From Malacoraja senta (taxonomy: Eukaryota): a stretch of DNA of 38,278 nt. Below the pieces are notes generated by a model. It had not been told where the DNA came from. It did no database searches and worked only from the letters and a program-made list of their open reading frames with translations. The DNA is taken from contig JAXLNO010000203.1 of the NCBI GenBank assembly GCA_038087875.1, positions 62,001 through 100,278 on the forward strand, in the 5' to 3' direction. Below, in pieces: positions 12,952 to 26,700 of this stretch (its first letter is position 1; every line of letters starts with the position of its first letter). A program made the translations under genes and the position numbers.

Positions 12952-15192
12952 CCGGCAAGGTCGCCATAAATCCGGCAAGGTCGCCGCAAATCCGGCAAGG
13001 TCGCCACATTTCCGGCAAGGTCGCCATAAATCCGGCAAGGTCGCCACAAATCCAGCAAGGTCGCCACAAATGCGGCAAGGTCGCCACATTACCGGCAATG
13101 TCGCCATAAATCCGGCAAGTTCGCCACAAATCCGACAAGATCGCCATAAATCCGGCAAGGTCGCCACATTTCCGGCAAGATCGCCATAAATCCGGCAAGG
13201 TCGCCACAAATCCGCCAAGGTCGATACATTTCCGGAAAGGTCGCCATAAATCCGGCTAGCACGCCATAAATCCGGCAAGGTCGCCATATTTGCGGCAAGG
13301 TCGCGTCAAATCCGGCAAGGTCGCCACATTTCCGGCAAGGTCGCCATAGATCCGGCAAGGTCGGCACAAATCCGGCAACTTCGCAACATTTCGGCAAGGT
13401 CGCCAGAAATCCGGCATCATCGCCAGAAATCCGGCAAGGAAGCCACATTTCCGGCAAGGTCGCCATAAATCCGGCAAGGTCGCCATAAATCCGGCAAGGT
13501 CGCCACAAATCCGGCAAGGTCCGCATAAATCCGGCAAGGTCGCCACAAATTCGGCAAGGTCGCCACAAATCCAGCAGGGTCGCCACATTTCCGGCAAAGT
13601 CGACACATTTCCGGCAAGGGCGCCATTAATCCGGGAATGTCGCCATAAATCCGGCAAGGTCGCCACATACCCGGCAAGATCGCCATAAATCCCGCAAGGT
13701 CGCCACAAATCCGGCAAGGTCGCCACATTTCCGGCAAGGTCGCCATAAATCCGGCAAGGTCGCCACAAATCCGGCGAGGTCGCCACATTTCGGGCAATGT
13801 CGCCATATTTCCGGCAAGGTCACCATAAATCCGGCAAGGTCGCCACAAATGCGGCAAGGTCGCCATAAATCCGGCAAGGTCGCCATATATCCGGCAAGGT
13901 CGCCTTAAATCCGGCGAGGTCGCCATATTTCCGGCGAAGTCGCCATAAATCGGGCAAGGTCGCCATAATTCCGGCGATGGCGCCATAGTTCCGGCAAAGT
14001 CGCCATAAATCCGGCAAGTTTGCCATAAATCTGCAAAGTCGCCATAACTCCGGCAAGGTCGTCGTATTTCCGGCACGGTCGCCATAAATCCGGCAAGGTC
14101 GCCATAAATCCGGCAAGGTCGCCGCAAATCCGGCAAGGTCGCCACATTTCCGGCAAGGTCGCCATAAATCCGGCAAGGTCGCCACAAATCCAGCAAGGTC
14201 GCCACAAATGCGGCAAGGTCGCCACATTACCGGCAATGTCGCCATAAATCCGGCAAGTTCGCCACAAATCCGACAAGATCGCCATAAATCCGGCAAGGTC
14301 GCCACATTTCCGGCAAGATCGCCATAAATCCGGCAAGGTCGCCACAAATCCGCCAAGGTCGCCACATTTCCGGAAAGGTCGCCATAAATCCGGCTAGCAC
14401 GCCATAAATCCGGCAAGGTCGCCATATTTGCGACAAGGTCGCGTCAAATCCGGCAAGGTCGCCACATTTCCGGCAAGGTCGCCATAGATCCGGCAAGGTC
14501 GCCACAAATCCGGCAACTTCGCAACATTTCGGCAAGGTCGCCAGAAATCCGGCATCATCGCCAGAAATCCGGCAAGGAAGCCACATTTCCGGCAAGGTCG
14601 CCATAAATCCGGCAAGGTCGCCATAAATCCGGCAAGGTCGCCACAAATCCGGCAAGGTCCGCATAAATCCGGCAAGGTCGCCACAAATTCGGCAAGGTCG
14701 CCACAAATCCAGCAGGGTCGCCACATTTCCGGCAAAGTCGCCACATTTCCGGCAAGGGCGCCATTAATCCGTGAATGTCGCCATAAATCCGGCAAGGTCG
14801 CCACATACCCGGCAAGATCGCCATAAATCCCGCAAGGTCGCCACAAATCCGGCAAGGTCGCCACATTTCCGGCAAGGTCGCCATAAATCCGGCAAGGTCG
14901 CCACAAATCCGGCGAGGTCGCCACATTTCGGGCAATGTCGCCATATTTCCGGCAAGGTCACCATAAATCCGGCAAGGTCGCCACAAATGCGGCAAGGTCG
15001 CCTTCAATCCGGCGAGGTCGCCATATTTCCGGCGAAGTCGCCATAAATCGGGCAAGGTCGCCATAATTCCGGCGATGGCGCCATAGTTCCGGCAAAGTCG
15101 CCATAAATCCGGCAAGTTTGCCATAAATCTGCAAAGTCGCCATAACTCCGGCAAGGTCGTCGTATTTCCGGCACGGTCGCCATAAATCCGGC
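12952..15192. repeat. Tandem duplication with 1138-bp period (12952-14094 vs 14090-15192)
   Basis: ORF pairs 13089..13586/14227..14724 and 13256..13786/14394..14924. Private variants caacttcgc, aaggtccgcat and ggcgatggcgcc are shared. 1138 = 57 monomers with two 19-mers. The second copy lacks 40 bp near 15000. Confidence 0.9.
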
Positions 15193-15994
15193 TAGGACGC
15201 CATAAATCCGGCAAGGTCGCCATATTTCCGGCAAGGTCGCGTCAAATCCGGCAAGGTCGCCACATTTCCGGCAAGGTCGCCATAGATCCGGCAAGGTCGC
15301 CACAAATCCGGCTAGTTCGCAACATTTCGGCAAGGTCGCCAGAAATCCAGCATCGTCGCCAGAAATCCGGCATGGACGCCACATTTCTGGCAAGGTCGCC
15401 ATGAATCCGGCAAGGTCGCCACATTTCCGGCAAGGTCGACATAGATCCGGCAAGGTCGCCATAGATCCGGCAAGTTCGCAACATTTCGGCAAGGTCGCCA
15501 GAAATCCAGCATCGTCGCCAGAAATCCGGCAAGGACGCCACATTTCCGGCAAGGTCGCCATAAACCGGGCAAGGTCGCCATAAATCCGGCAAGGTCACCA
15601 CATTCCCGGCAAGGTCGCCATAAATCCGGCAAGGTCGCCGCAAATCCGGCAAGGTCGCCACATTTCCGGCAAGGTCGCCATAAATCCGGCAAGGTCGCCA
15701 CAAATGCGGCAAGGTCGCCACATTTCCGGCAATGTCGCCATAAATCCGGCAATTTCGCCACAAATCCGACAAAGTCGCCATAAATCCGGCAAGGTCCCCA
15801 CATTTCCGGCAAGAACGCCATAAATCCGGCAAGGTCACCACAAATCCGCCAAGGTCACCGCATTTCCGGCAAGGTCGCCATAAACCCGGCAAGGTCGCCA
15901 CAAATCCGGCAAGGTCACCACATTTCCGGCAAGGTCGCCACATTTCCGGCAAGGTCGCCATTAATCCGGGAATGTCGCCATAAATCCGGCAAGA

Positions 15995-18900
15995 TCGCCA
16001 CATTCCCGGCAAGGTCGCTATAAATCCGGCAAGGTCGCCACAAATCCGGCAAGGTCGCCACATTTCCGGCAAGGTCGCCATAAATCCGGGAAGGTCACCA
16101 CAAATCCGGCAAGGTCGCCACATTTCCGGCATTGTCGCCATATTTCCGGCAAGGTCGCCATAAATCCGGCGAGGTCGCCATATTTCCGGCGAGGTCGCCA
16201 TAAATCGGGCAAGGTCGCCATAATTACGGCGAAGTCGCCATAGTTCCGGCAAAGTCGCCATTAATCCGGCAAGTTTGCCATAAATCTGCAAAGTCGCCAT
16301 AACTCCGGCAAGGTCGTCGTATTTCCGGCACGGTCGCCATAAATCCGGCTAGCACGCCATAAATCCGGCAAGGTCGCCATATTTCCGGCAAGGTCGCGTC
16401 AAATCCGGCAAGGTCGCCACATTTCCGGCAAGGTCGCCATAGATCCGGCAAGGTCGCCCCAAATCCGGCAAGTTCGCAACATTTCGGCAAGGTCGCCAGA
16501 AATCCGGCATCGTCGCCATAAATCCGGCTAGGAAGCCACATTTCCGGCAAGGTCGCCAGAAATCCGGCAAGGTCGCCACAAATCCGGCAAGGTCGCCACA
16601 TTTCCGGCAAGGTCGCCATAAATCTGGCAAGGTCGCCACAAATCCAGCAGGGTCGCCACAAATGCGGCAAGGTCGCTACATTTCCGGCAAGGTCGCCACA
16701 TTTCCGGCAAGGGCGCCATTAATCCGGGAATGTCGCCATAAATCCGGCAAGGTCGCCACATTCCCGGCAAGGTCGCCAGAAATCCTGCAAGGTCGCCAGA
16801 AATCCAGCATCGTCGCCAGAAATCCGGCAAGGACGCCACATTTCTGGCAAGGTCGCCATGAATCCGGCAAGGTCGCCACATTTCCGGCAAGGTCGCCATA
16901 GATCCGGCAAGGTCGCCATAGATCCGGCAAGTTCGCAACATTTCGGCAAGGTCGCCAGAAATCCAGCATCGTCGCCAGAAATCCGGCAAGGACGCCACAT
17001 TTCCGGCAAGGTCGCCATAAATCGGGCAAGGTCGCCATAAATCCGGCAAGGTCACCACATTCCCGGCAAGGTCGCCATAAATCCGGCAAGGTCGCCGCAA
17101 TCCGGCAAGGTCGCCACATTTTCCGGCAAGGTCGCCATAAATCCGGCAAGGTCGCCACAAATGCGGCAAGGTCGCCACATTTCCGGCAATGTCGCCATAA
17201 ATCCGGCAATTTCGCCACAAATCCGACAAAGTCGCCATAAATCCGGCAAGGTCCCCACATTTTCCGGCAAGAACGCCATAAATCCGGCAAGGTCACCACA
17301 AATCCGCCCAAGGTCACCGCAATTTTTCCGGGCAAGGTCCGCCCATAAACCCGGCAAGGTCGCCACAAATCCGGCAAGGTTTCCGGCAAGGTCGCCACAT
17401 TTCCGGCAAGGTCGCCATTAATCCGGGAATGTCGCCATAAATCCGGCAAGGACGCCACATTTCCGGCAAGGTCGCCATAAATCGGGCAAGGTCGCCATAA
17501 ATCCGGCAAGGGCACCACATTCCCGGCAAGGTCGCCATAAATTCGGCAAGGTCGCCGCAAATCCGGCAAGGTCGCCACATTTCCGGCAAGGTCGCCATAA
17601 ATCCGGCAAGGTCACCACAAATCCGGCAAGGTCGCCACATTTCGGGCATTGTCGCCATATTTCCGGCAAGGTCACCATAAATCCGGCAAGGTCGCCATAT
17701 TTCCGGCAAGGTCGCCATAAATCCGGCGAGGTCGCCATATTTCCGGCGAGGTCGCCATAAATCGGGCAAGGTCGCCATAATTACGGCGATGTCGCCATAG
17801 TTCCGGCAAAGTCGCCATTAATCCGGCAAGTTTGCCATAAATCTGCAAAGTCGCCATAACTCCGGCAAGGTCGTCGTATTTCCGGCACGGTCGCCATAAA
17901 TCCGGCTAGCACGCCATAAATCCGGCAAGGTCGCCATATTTCCGGCAAGGTCGCGTCAAATCCGGCAAGGTCGCCACATTTCCGGCAAGGTCGCCATAGA
18001 TCCGGCAAGGTCGCCCCAAATCCGGCAAGTCGCAACATTTCGGCAAGGTCGCCAGAAATCCGGCATCGTCGCCATAAATCCGGCTAGGAAGCCACATTTC
18101 CGGCACGGTCGCCATAAATCCGGCAAGGTCGCCACAAATCCAGCAGGGTCGCCAGAAATGCGGCAAGGTCGCTACATTTCCGGCAAGGTCGCCACATTTC
18201 CGGCAAGGGCGCCATTAATCCGGGAATGTCGCCAGAAATCCGGCAAGGTCGCCACATTCCCGGCAAGGTCGCCATAAATCCTGCAAGGTCCCCACAAATC
18301 CGGCAAGGTCGCCACATTTCCGGCAAGGTCGCCATAGATCCGGCAAGGTCGCCACAAATCCGGGAAGTTCGCAACATTTCAGCAAGGTCCCCAGAAATCC
18401 GGCATCGTCGCCATAAATCCGGCTAGGAAGCCACATTTCCGGCAAGGTCGCCATAAATCCGGCAAGGTCTCCACAAATCCCACAAAATCGCCATAAATCC
18501 GGCAAGGTCGCCACAATTCCGGCAAGGTCGCCACAATTCCGGCAATGTCGCCATAAATCCGGCAAGGTCGACACAAATCCGGTAAGGTCGCCACATCCCC
18601 GGCAAGGTCGCCACAAATCCGTCAAGGTCGCCACATTTCAAGCAAGGTCGCCATAAATCGGGCAAGGTCGCCGCAAATCCGGCAAGGTCGCCACATTTCC
18701 GGCAAGGCCGCCATTAATCCGGGAATTTCGCCATAAATCCGGCAAGGTCGTCACATTCCCGGAAGGTCGCCGTAAATCCGGCAAGGTCGCCGCAAATCCG
18801 GCAAGGTCGCCACATTTCCGGCAAGGTCGCCATAAATCCGGCAAGTTTGCCACAAATCCAGCAAGGTCGCCACAAATGCGGCAAGGTCGCCACATTTCCG

Positions 18901-21900
18901 ACAATGTTGCCATAAATCCGGCAAGTTCACCACAAATCCGACAAGGTCGCCATAAATCCGGCAAGGTCGCCACATTTCCGGCAAGATCGCCATAAATCCG
19001 GCAAGGTCGCCACAAATCCGCCAAGGTCGCCACATTCCCGGCAAGGTCGCTATAAATCCGGCAAGGTCGCCACAAATCCGGCAAGGTCGCCACATTTCCG
19101 GCAAGGTCGCCATAAATCCGGGAAGGTCACCACAAATCCGGCAAGGTCGCCACATTTCCGGCATTGTCGCCATATTTCCGGCAAGGTCGCCATAAATCCG
19201 GCGAGGTCGCCATATTTCCGGCGAGGTCGCCATAAATCGGGCAAGGTCGCCATAATTACGGCGAAGTCGCCATAGTTCCGGCAAAGTCGCCATTAATCCG
19301 GCAAGTTTGCCATAAATCTGCAAAGTCGCCATAACTCCGGCAAGGTCGTCGTATTTCCGGCACGGTCGCCATAAATCCGGCTAGCACGCCATAAATCCGG
19401 CAAGGTCGCCATATTTCCGGCAAGGTCGCGTCAAATCCGGCAAGGTCGCCACATTTCCGGCAAGGTCGCCATAGATCCGGCAAGGTCGCCCCAAATCCGG
19501 CAAGTTCGCAACATTTCGGCAAGGTCGCCAGAAATCCGGCATCGTCGCCATAAATCCGGCTAGGAAGCCACATTTCCGGCAAGGTCGCCAGAAATCCGGC
19601 AAGGTCGCCACAAATCCGGCAAGGTCGCCACATTTCCGGCAAGGTCGCCATAAATCTGGCAAGGTCGCCACAAATCCAGCAGGGTCGCCACAAATGCGGC
19701 AAGGTCGCTACATTTCCGGCAAGGTCGCCACATTTCCGGCAAGGGCGCCATTAATCCGGGAATGTCGCCATAAATCCGGCAAGGTCGCCACATTCCCGGC
19801 AAGGTCGCCAGAAATCCTGCAAGGTCGCCAGAAATCCAGCATCGTCGCCAGAAATCCGGCAAGGACGCCACATTTCTGGCAAGGTCGCCATGAATCCGGC
19901 AAGGTCGCCACATTTCCGGCAAGGTCGCCATAGATCCGGCAAGGTCGCCATAGATCCGGCAAGTTCGCAACATTTCGGCAAGGTCGCCAGAAATCCAGCA
20001 TCGTCGCCAGAAATCCGGCAAGGACGCCACATTTCCGGCAAGGTCGCCATAAATCGGGCAAGGTCGCCATAAATCCGGCAAGGTCACCACATTCCCGGCA
20101 AGGTCGCCATAAATCCGGCAAGGTCGCCGCAAATCCGGCAAGGTCGCCACATTTCCGGCAAGGTCGCCATAAATCCGGCAAGGTCGCCACAAATGCGGCA
20201 AGGTCGCCACATTTCCGGCAATGTCGCCATAAATCCGGCAATTTCGCCACAAATCCGACAAAGTCGCCATAAATCCGGCAAGGTCCCCACATTTCCGGCA
20301 AGAACGCCATAAATCCGGCAAGGTCACCACAAATCCGCCAAGGTCACCGCATTTCCGGCAAGGTCGCCATAAACCCGGCAAGGTCGCCACAAATCCGGCA
20401 AGGTCACCACATTTCCGGCAAGGTCGCCACATTTCCGGCAAGGTCGCCATTAATCCGGGAATGTCGCCATAAATCCGGCAAGGACGCCACATTTCCGGCA
20501 AGGTCGCCATAAATCGGGCAAGGTCGCCATAAATCCGGCAAGGGCACCACATTCCCGGCAAGGTCGCCATAAATTCGGCAAGGTCGCCGCAAATCCGGCA
20601 AGGTCGCCACATTTCCGGCAAGGTCGCCATAAATCCGGCAAGGTCACCACAAATCCGGCAAGGTCGCCACATTTCGGGCATTGTCGCCATATTTCCGGCA
20701 AGGTCACCATAAATCCGGCAAGGTCGCCATATTTCCGGCAAGGTCGCCATAAATCCGGCGAGGTCGCCATATTTCCGGCGAGGTCGCCATAAATCGGGCA
20801 AGGTCGCCATAATTACGGCGATGTCGCCATAGTTCCGGCAAAGTCGCCATTAATCCGGCAAGTTTGCCATAAATCTGCAAAGTCGCCATAACTCCGGCAA
20901 GGTCGTCGTATTTCCGGCACGGTCGCCATAAATCCGGCTAGCACGCCATAAATCCGGCAAGGTCGCCATATTTCCGGCAAGGTCGCGTCAAATCCGGCAA
21001 GGTCGCCACATTTCCGGCAAGGTCGCCATAGATCCGGCAAGGTCGCCCCAAATCCGGCAAGTTCGCAACATTTCGGCAAGGTCGCCAGAAATCCGGCATC
21101 GTCGCCATAAATCCGGCTAGGAAGCCACATTTCCGGCACGGTCGCCATAAATCCGGCAAGGTCGCCACAAATCCAGCAGGGTCGCCACAAATGCGGCAAG
21201 GTCGCTACATTTCCGGCAAGGTCGCCACATTTCCGGCAAGGGCGCCATTAATCCGGGAATGTCGCCAGAAATCCGGCAAGGTCGCCACATTCCCGGCAAG
21301 GTCGCCATAAATCCTGCAAGGTCCCCACAAATCCGGCAAGGTCGCCACATTTCCGGCAAGGTCGCCATAGATCCGGCAAGGTCGCCACAAATCCGGGAAG
21401 TTCGCAACATTTCAGCAAGGTCCCCAGAAATCCGGCATCGTCGCCATAAATCCGGCTAGGAAGCCACATTTCCGGCAAGGTCGCCATAAATCCGGCAAGG
21501 TCTCCACAAATCCCACAAAATCGCCATAAATCCGGCAAGGTCGCCACAATTCCGGCAAGGTCGCCACAATTCCGGCAATGTCGCCATAAATCCGGCAAGG
21601 TCGACACAAATCCGGTAAGGTCGCCACATCCCCGGCAAGGTCGCCACAAATCCGTCAAGGTCGCCACATTTCAAGCAAGGTCGCCATAAATCGGGCAAGG
21701 TCGCCGCAAATCCGGCAAGGTCGCCACATTTCCGGCAAGGCCGCCATTAATCCGGGAATTTCGCCATAAATCCGGCAAGGTCGTCACATTCCCGGAAGGT
21801 CGCCGTAAATCCGGCAAGGTCGCCGCAAATCCGGCAAGGTCGCCACATTTCCGGCAAGGTCGCCATAAATCCGGCAAGTTTGCCACAAATCCAGCAAGGT

Positions 21901-22063
21901 CGCCACAAATGCGGCAAGGTCGCCACATTTCCGACAATGTTGCCATAAATCCGGCAAGTTCACCACAAATCCGACAAGGTCGCCATAAATCCGGCAAGGT
22001 CGCCACATTTCCGGCAAGATCGCCATAAATCCGGCAAGGTCGCCACAAATCCGCCAAGGTCGC
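15995..22063. repeat. Tandem duplication with 3032-3033-bp period (15995-19030 vs 19027-22063)
   Basis: ORF pairs 16018..16221/19050..19253, 16224..16670/19256..19702 and 18215..18634/21248..21667. Private variants aagaacgcc, aagggcacc and ttcaagcaagg are shared. 3033 = 152 monomers with seven 19-mers. Confidence 0.93.
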
Positions 22064-23760
22064 TACATTTCCGGCAAGGTCGCCATAAATCCGGCAAGGT
22101 CGCCACAAATCCGGCAAGGTCACCACATTTCCGGCAAGGTCGCCATATTTCCTGCAAGGTCACCATAAATCCGGCAAGGTCGCCACAAATGCGGCAAGGT
22201 CGCCATATTTCCGGCAAGGTCACCATTAATCCGGCAAGGTCGCCACAAATCCGGCAAGGTCGCCACAAATCCGGCAAAGTTGCAATATTTCCGGCTAGGT
22301 CGCCATAAATCCGGCAAGGTCGCCACAAATCCGGCAAGGTCGTAATATTTCCGGCAAGGTCGCCACAAATCCGGCAATGTCGCCATATTTCCGGCATGGT
22401 CGCCATTATTCCGGCAAGGTGGCCACAAATCATGGAAGGTCGCCACATTTCAGGCAAGGTCGCCATAAATCCGGTATGGTCGCCACAAACCCGGCAAGGT
22501 CGCCACATTTCCGGCAAGTTCGCCATTAATCCGGGAATGTCGCCATAAATCCGGCAAGGTCGCCCTATTCCTGTCAAGGTCGCCATAGATCCGGCAAGGT
22601 CGCCACAAATCCGCAAGGTCGCCACATTTCCGGCAAGGTCGCCATAAATCCGGCAAGTCGCCACAAATCCAGCGGGGTCGCCACAAAATGCGGCAAGGTC
22701 GCCACATTTCCGGCAAGGTCGTCACATTTCCGGCAAGGTCGCCATTAATCCGGGAATTTCGCCATAAATCCGGCAAGGTCGCCACATTCCCTGCAAGGTC
22801 GCCATAATTCCGGCCAGGTCGCCACAAATCCGGCAAGGTCGCCACATTTCCGGCAAGGTCGCCATAAATCCGGCAAAGTCTCCACAAATGCGGCAAGTTC
22901 GACATAAATCCGGCAAGGTGGCCATATTTCCGGCAAGGTCGACATAAATCCGGCGAGGTCGCCATATTTCCGGCGAGTTCGCCATAAATCCGGCAAGGTC
23001 GCCATAATTCCGGCGAGGTCGCCATATTTCCGGTAAAGTCGCCGTAAATACGGTAAGGTTGCCATAAATCTGCAAAGTCGCCATAACTCCGGCACGGTCG
23101 CCGTATTTCCGGCACGGTCGCCATAAATCCGGCTATGACGCCATAAATCCGGCAAGGTCGCCACATATCCCACAAGGTCGCCATAAATCCGGCAAGGTCG
23201 CCACAAATCCGGCAAGGTCGCCACATTTGCGGCAGGGTCGCCATAAATCCGGCATTGCCGCCAAAAATACGACAAGGTCGCCATATTTCCGGCACGGTCG
23301 CCATAAATCCGCCAGAGTCGCCACAAATCCGGCAAGGTCTCCATAATCCCGGCAAGGTCGCCATAAATCCGGCAAGGACGCCACAAATCCGGCAAGGTCG
23401 CCATATTTCCGGCAGGTTCGGCGTAATTCCGGCAAGGTCGCCACAAATCCGGCACGGTCGCCGTATTTCCAGCACGGTCGCCATAAATCCGGCTACGACG
23501 CCATAAATACGGCAAGGTCGCCATATTTCCGGCAAGGTTGCCACAAATCCGACAAGGTGGCCATATTTACGTCAAGGTCGCCATAAATTCGGCAAGGTAG
23601 CCACAAATCCGGCAAGGTCGCCACAAGTCCGGCAAGGTCGCCACATTTCCGGCAAGGTCGCCATAAATCCGGCAAGGTCGCCACATATCCCACAAGGTCG
23701 CCATAAATCCGGCACGGTCACCATCAATCCGCCAGAGTCGCCACAAATCCGGCAAGGTCT

Positions 23761-26700
23761 CCATATTTCCGGCATGGGCGCCATAAATCCGGCAAGGTGG
23801 CAACAAATCAGGGAAGGTCGCCACATTTCAGTCAAGGTCGCCATAAATCCGGCAAGGTCGCCACAAACCCGGCAGGGTCGCCACATTCCCGGCAAGGTCG
23901 CCATCAATCCTGCAAGGTCGCCACAAATCCGGCAAGGTCGCCACATTTCCGGCAAGGTCGCCATAAATCCGGCAAGGTCGCCAAAAATCTGGCAAGGTCG
24001 CCACATTTCCGACAATGTCGCCATATTTCCGGCAAGGTCACCATAAATCCGGCAAGGTCGCCACAAATGCGGCAAGGTCGCCATAAATCCGGCAAGGTCG
24101 CCATATTTCCGGCAAGGTCGCCATAAATCCGGCGAGGTCGCCATATTTCCGGCGAAGTCGCCATAAATCGGGCAAGGTCGCCATAATTCCGGCGATGTCG
24201 CCATAGTTCCGGCAAGTTTGCCATAAATCTGCAAAGTCGCCATAACTCCGACAAGGTCGTCGTATTTCCGGCACGGTCGACACAAATCCGGCAAGTTCGC
24301 AACATTTCGGCAAGGTCGCCAAAATCCAGCATCGTCGCCAGAAATCCGGCAAGGACGCCACATTTCCGGCAAGGTCGCCATAAATCCGACAAGGTCGCCA
24401 CAAATCCCACAAAGTCGCCATAAATCCGGCAAGGTCGCCACAATTCCGGCAAGGTCGCCATAATTCCGGCAATGTCGCCATAAATCCGGCAAGGTCGCCA
24501 CAAATCCGCCATGGTCGCCACATTTCCGGCAAGGTCGCCATAAATCCGGCAAGGTCGCCACAAATCCGGCAAGGTCACCACATTTCCGGCAAGGTCGCCT
24601 TATTTCCCGCAAGGTCACCATAAATCCGGCAAGGTCGCCACAAATGCGGCAAGGTCGCCATATTTACGGCAAATTCGCCATTAATCCGGCAAGGTCACCA
24701 CAAATCCGGCAAGGTCGCCACAAATCCGGCAAGGTTGCCATATTTCCGGCTAGGTCGCCATTAATCCGGGAATGTCGCCATAAATCCGGCAAGGTCGCCC
24801 CATTCCTGTCAAGGTCGCCATAGATCCGGCAAGGTCGCCACAAATCCGCAAGGTCGCCACATTTCCGGCAAGGTCGCCATAAATCCGGCAAGTCGCCACA
24901 AATCCAGCAAGGTCGCCACATTTCCGGCAAGGTCGCCATAAATCCGGCAAGTCGCCACAAATCCAGCGGGGTCGCCACATATGCGGCAAGGTCGCCACAT
25001 TTCCGGCAAGGTCGCCACATTTCCGGCAAGGTCGCCATTAATCCGGGAATTTCGCCATAAATCCGGCAAGGTCGCCACATTCCCTGCAAGGTCGCCATAA
25101 ATCCGGCAAGGTCGCCACATATCCCACAAGGTCGCCATAAATCCGGCACGGTCACCATCAATCCGCCAGAGTCGCCACAAATCCGGCAAGGTCTCCATAA
25201 TCCCGGCAAGGTCGCCATAAATCCGGCAAGGACGCCACAAATCCGGCAAGGTCGCCATATTTCCGGCAGGTTCGGCGTAATTCCGGCAAGGTCGCCACAA
25301 ATCCGGCAAGGTCGCCATATTTCCGGCATGGGCGCCATAAATCCGGCAAGGTGGCAACAAATCAGGGAAGGTCGCCACATTTCAGTCAAGGTCGCCATAA
25401 ATCCGGCAAGGTCGCCACAAACCCGGAAGGGTCGCCACATTCCCGGCAAGGTCGCCATCAATCCTGCAAGGTCGCCACAAATCCGGCAAGGTCGCCACAT
25501 TTCCGGCAAGGTCGCCATAAATCCGGCAAGGTCGCCAAAAATCTGGCAAGGTCGCCACATTTCCGGCAATGTCGCCATATTTCCGGCAAGGTCACCATAA
25601 ATCCGGCAAGGTCGCCACAAATGCGGCAAGGTCGCCATAAATCCGGCAAGGTCGCCATATTTCCGGCAAGGTCGCCATAAATCCGGCGAGGTCGCCATAT
25701 TTCCGGCGAAGTCGCCATAAATCGGGCAAGGTCGCCATAATTCCGGCGATGTCGCCATAGTTCCGGCAAGTTTGCCATAAATCTGCAAAGTCGCCATAAC
25801 TCCGACAAGGTCGTCGTATTTCCGGCACGGTCGACACAAATCCGGCAAGTTCGCAACATTTCGGCAAGGTCGCCAGAAATCCAGCATCGTCGCCAGAAAT
25901 CCGGCAAGGACGCCACATTTCCGGCAAGGTCGCCATAAATCCGACAAGGTCGCCACAAATCCCACAAAGTCGCCATAAATCCGGCAAGGTCGCCACAATT
26001 CCGGCAAGGTCGCCATAATTCCGGCAATGTCGCCATAAATCCGGCAAGGTCGCCACAAATCCGCCATGGTCGCCACATTTCCGGCAAGGTCGCCATAAAT
26101 CCGGCAAGGTCGCCACAAATCCGGCAAGGTCACCACATTTCCGGCAAGGTCGCCTTATTTCCCGCAAGGTCACCATAAATCCGGCAAGGTCGCCACAAAT
26201 GCGGCAAGGTCGACATATTTCCGGCAAATTCGCCATTAATCCGGCAAGGTCACCACAAATCCGGCAAGGTCGCCACAAATCCGGCAAGGTTGCCATATTT
26301 CCGGCTAGGTCGCCATTAATCCGGGAATGTCGCCATAAATCCGGCAAGGTCGCCCCATTCCTGTCATGGTCGCCATAGATCCGGCAAGGTCGCCACAAAT
26401 CCGCAAGGTCGCCACATTTCCGGCAAGGTCGCCATAAATCCGGCAAGTCGCCACAAATCCAGCAAGGTCGCCACATTTCCGGCAAGGTCGCCATAAATCC
26501 GGCAAGTCGCCACAAATCCAGCGGGGTCGCCACATATGCGGCAAGGTCGCCACATTTCCGGCAAGGTCGCCACATTTCCGGCAAGGTCGCCATTAATCCG
26601 GGAATTTCGCCATAAATCCGGCAAGGTCGCCACATTCCCTGCAAGGTCGCCATAAATCCGGCAAGGTCGCCACAATACCGGCAAGGTCGCCACATTTCCG

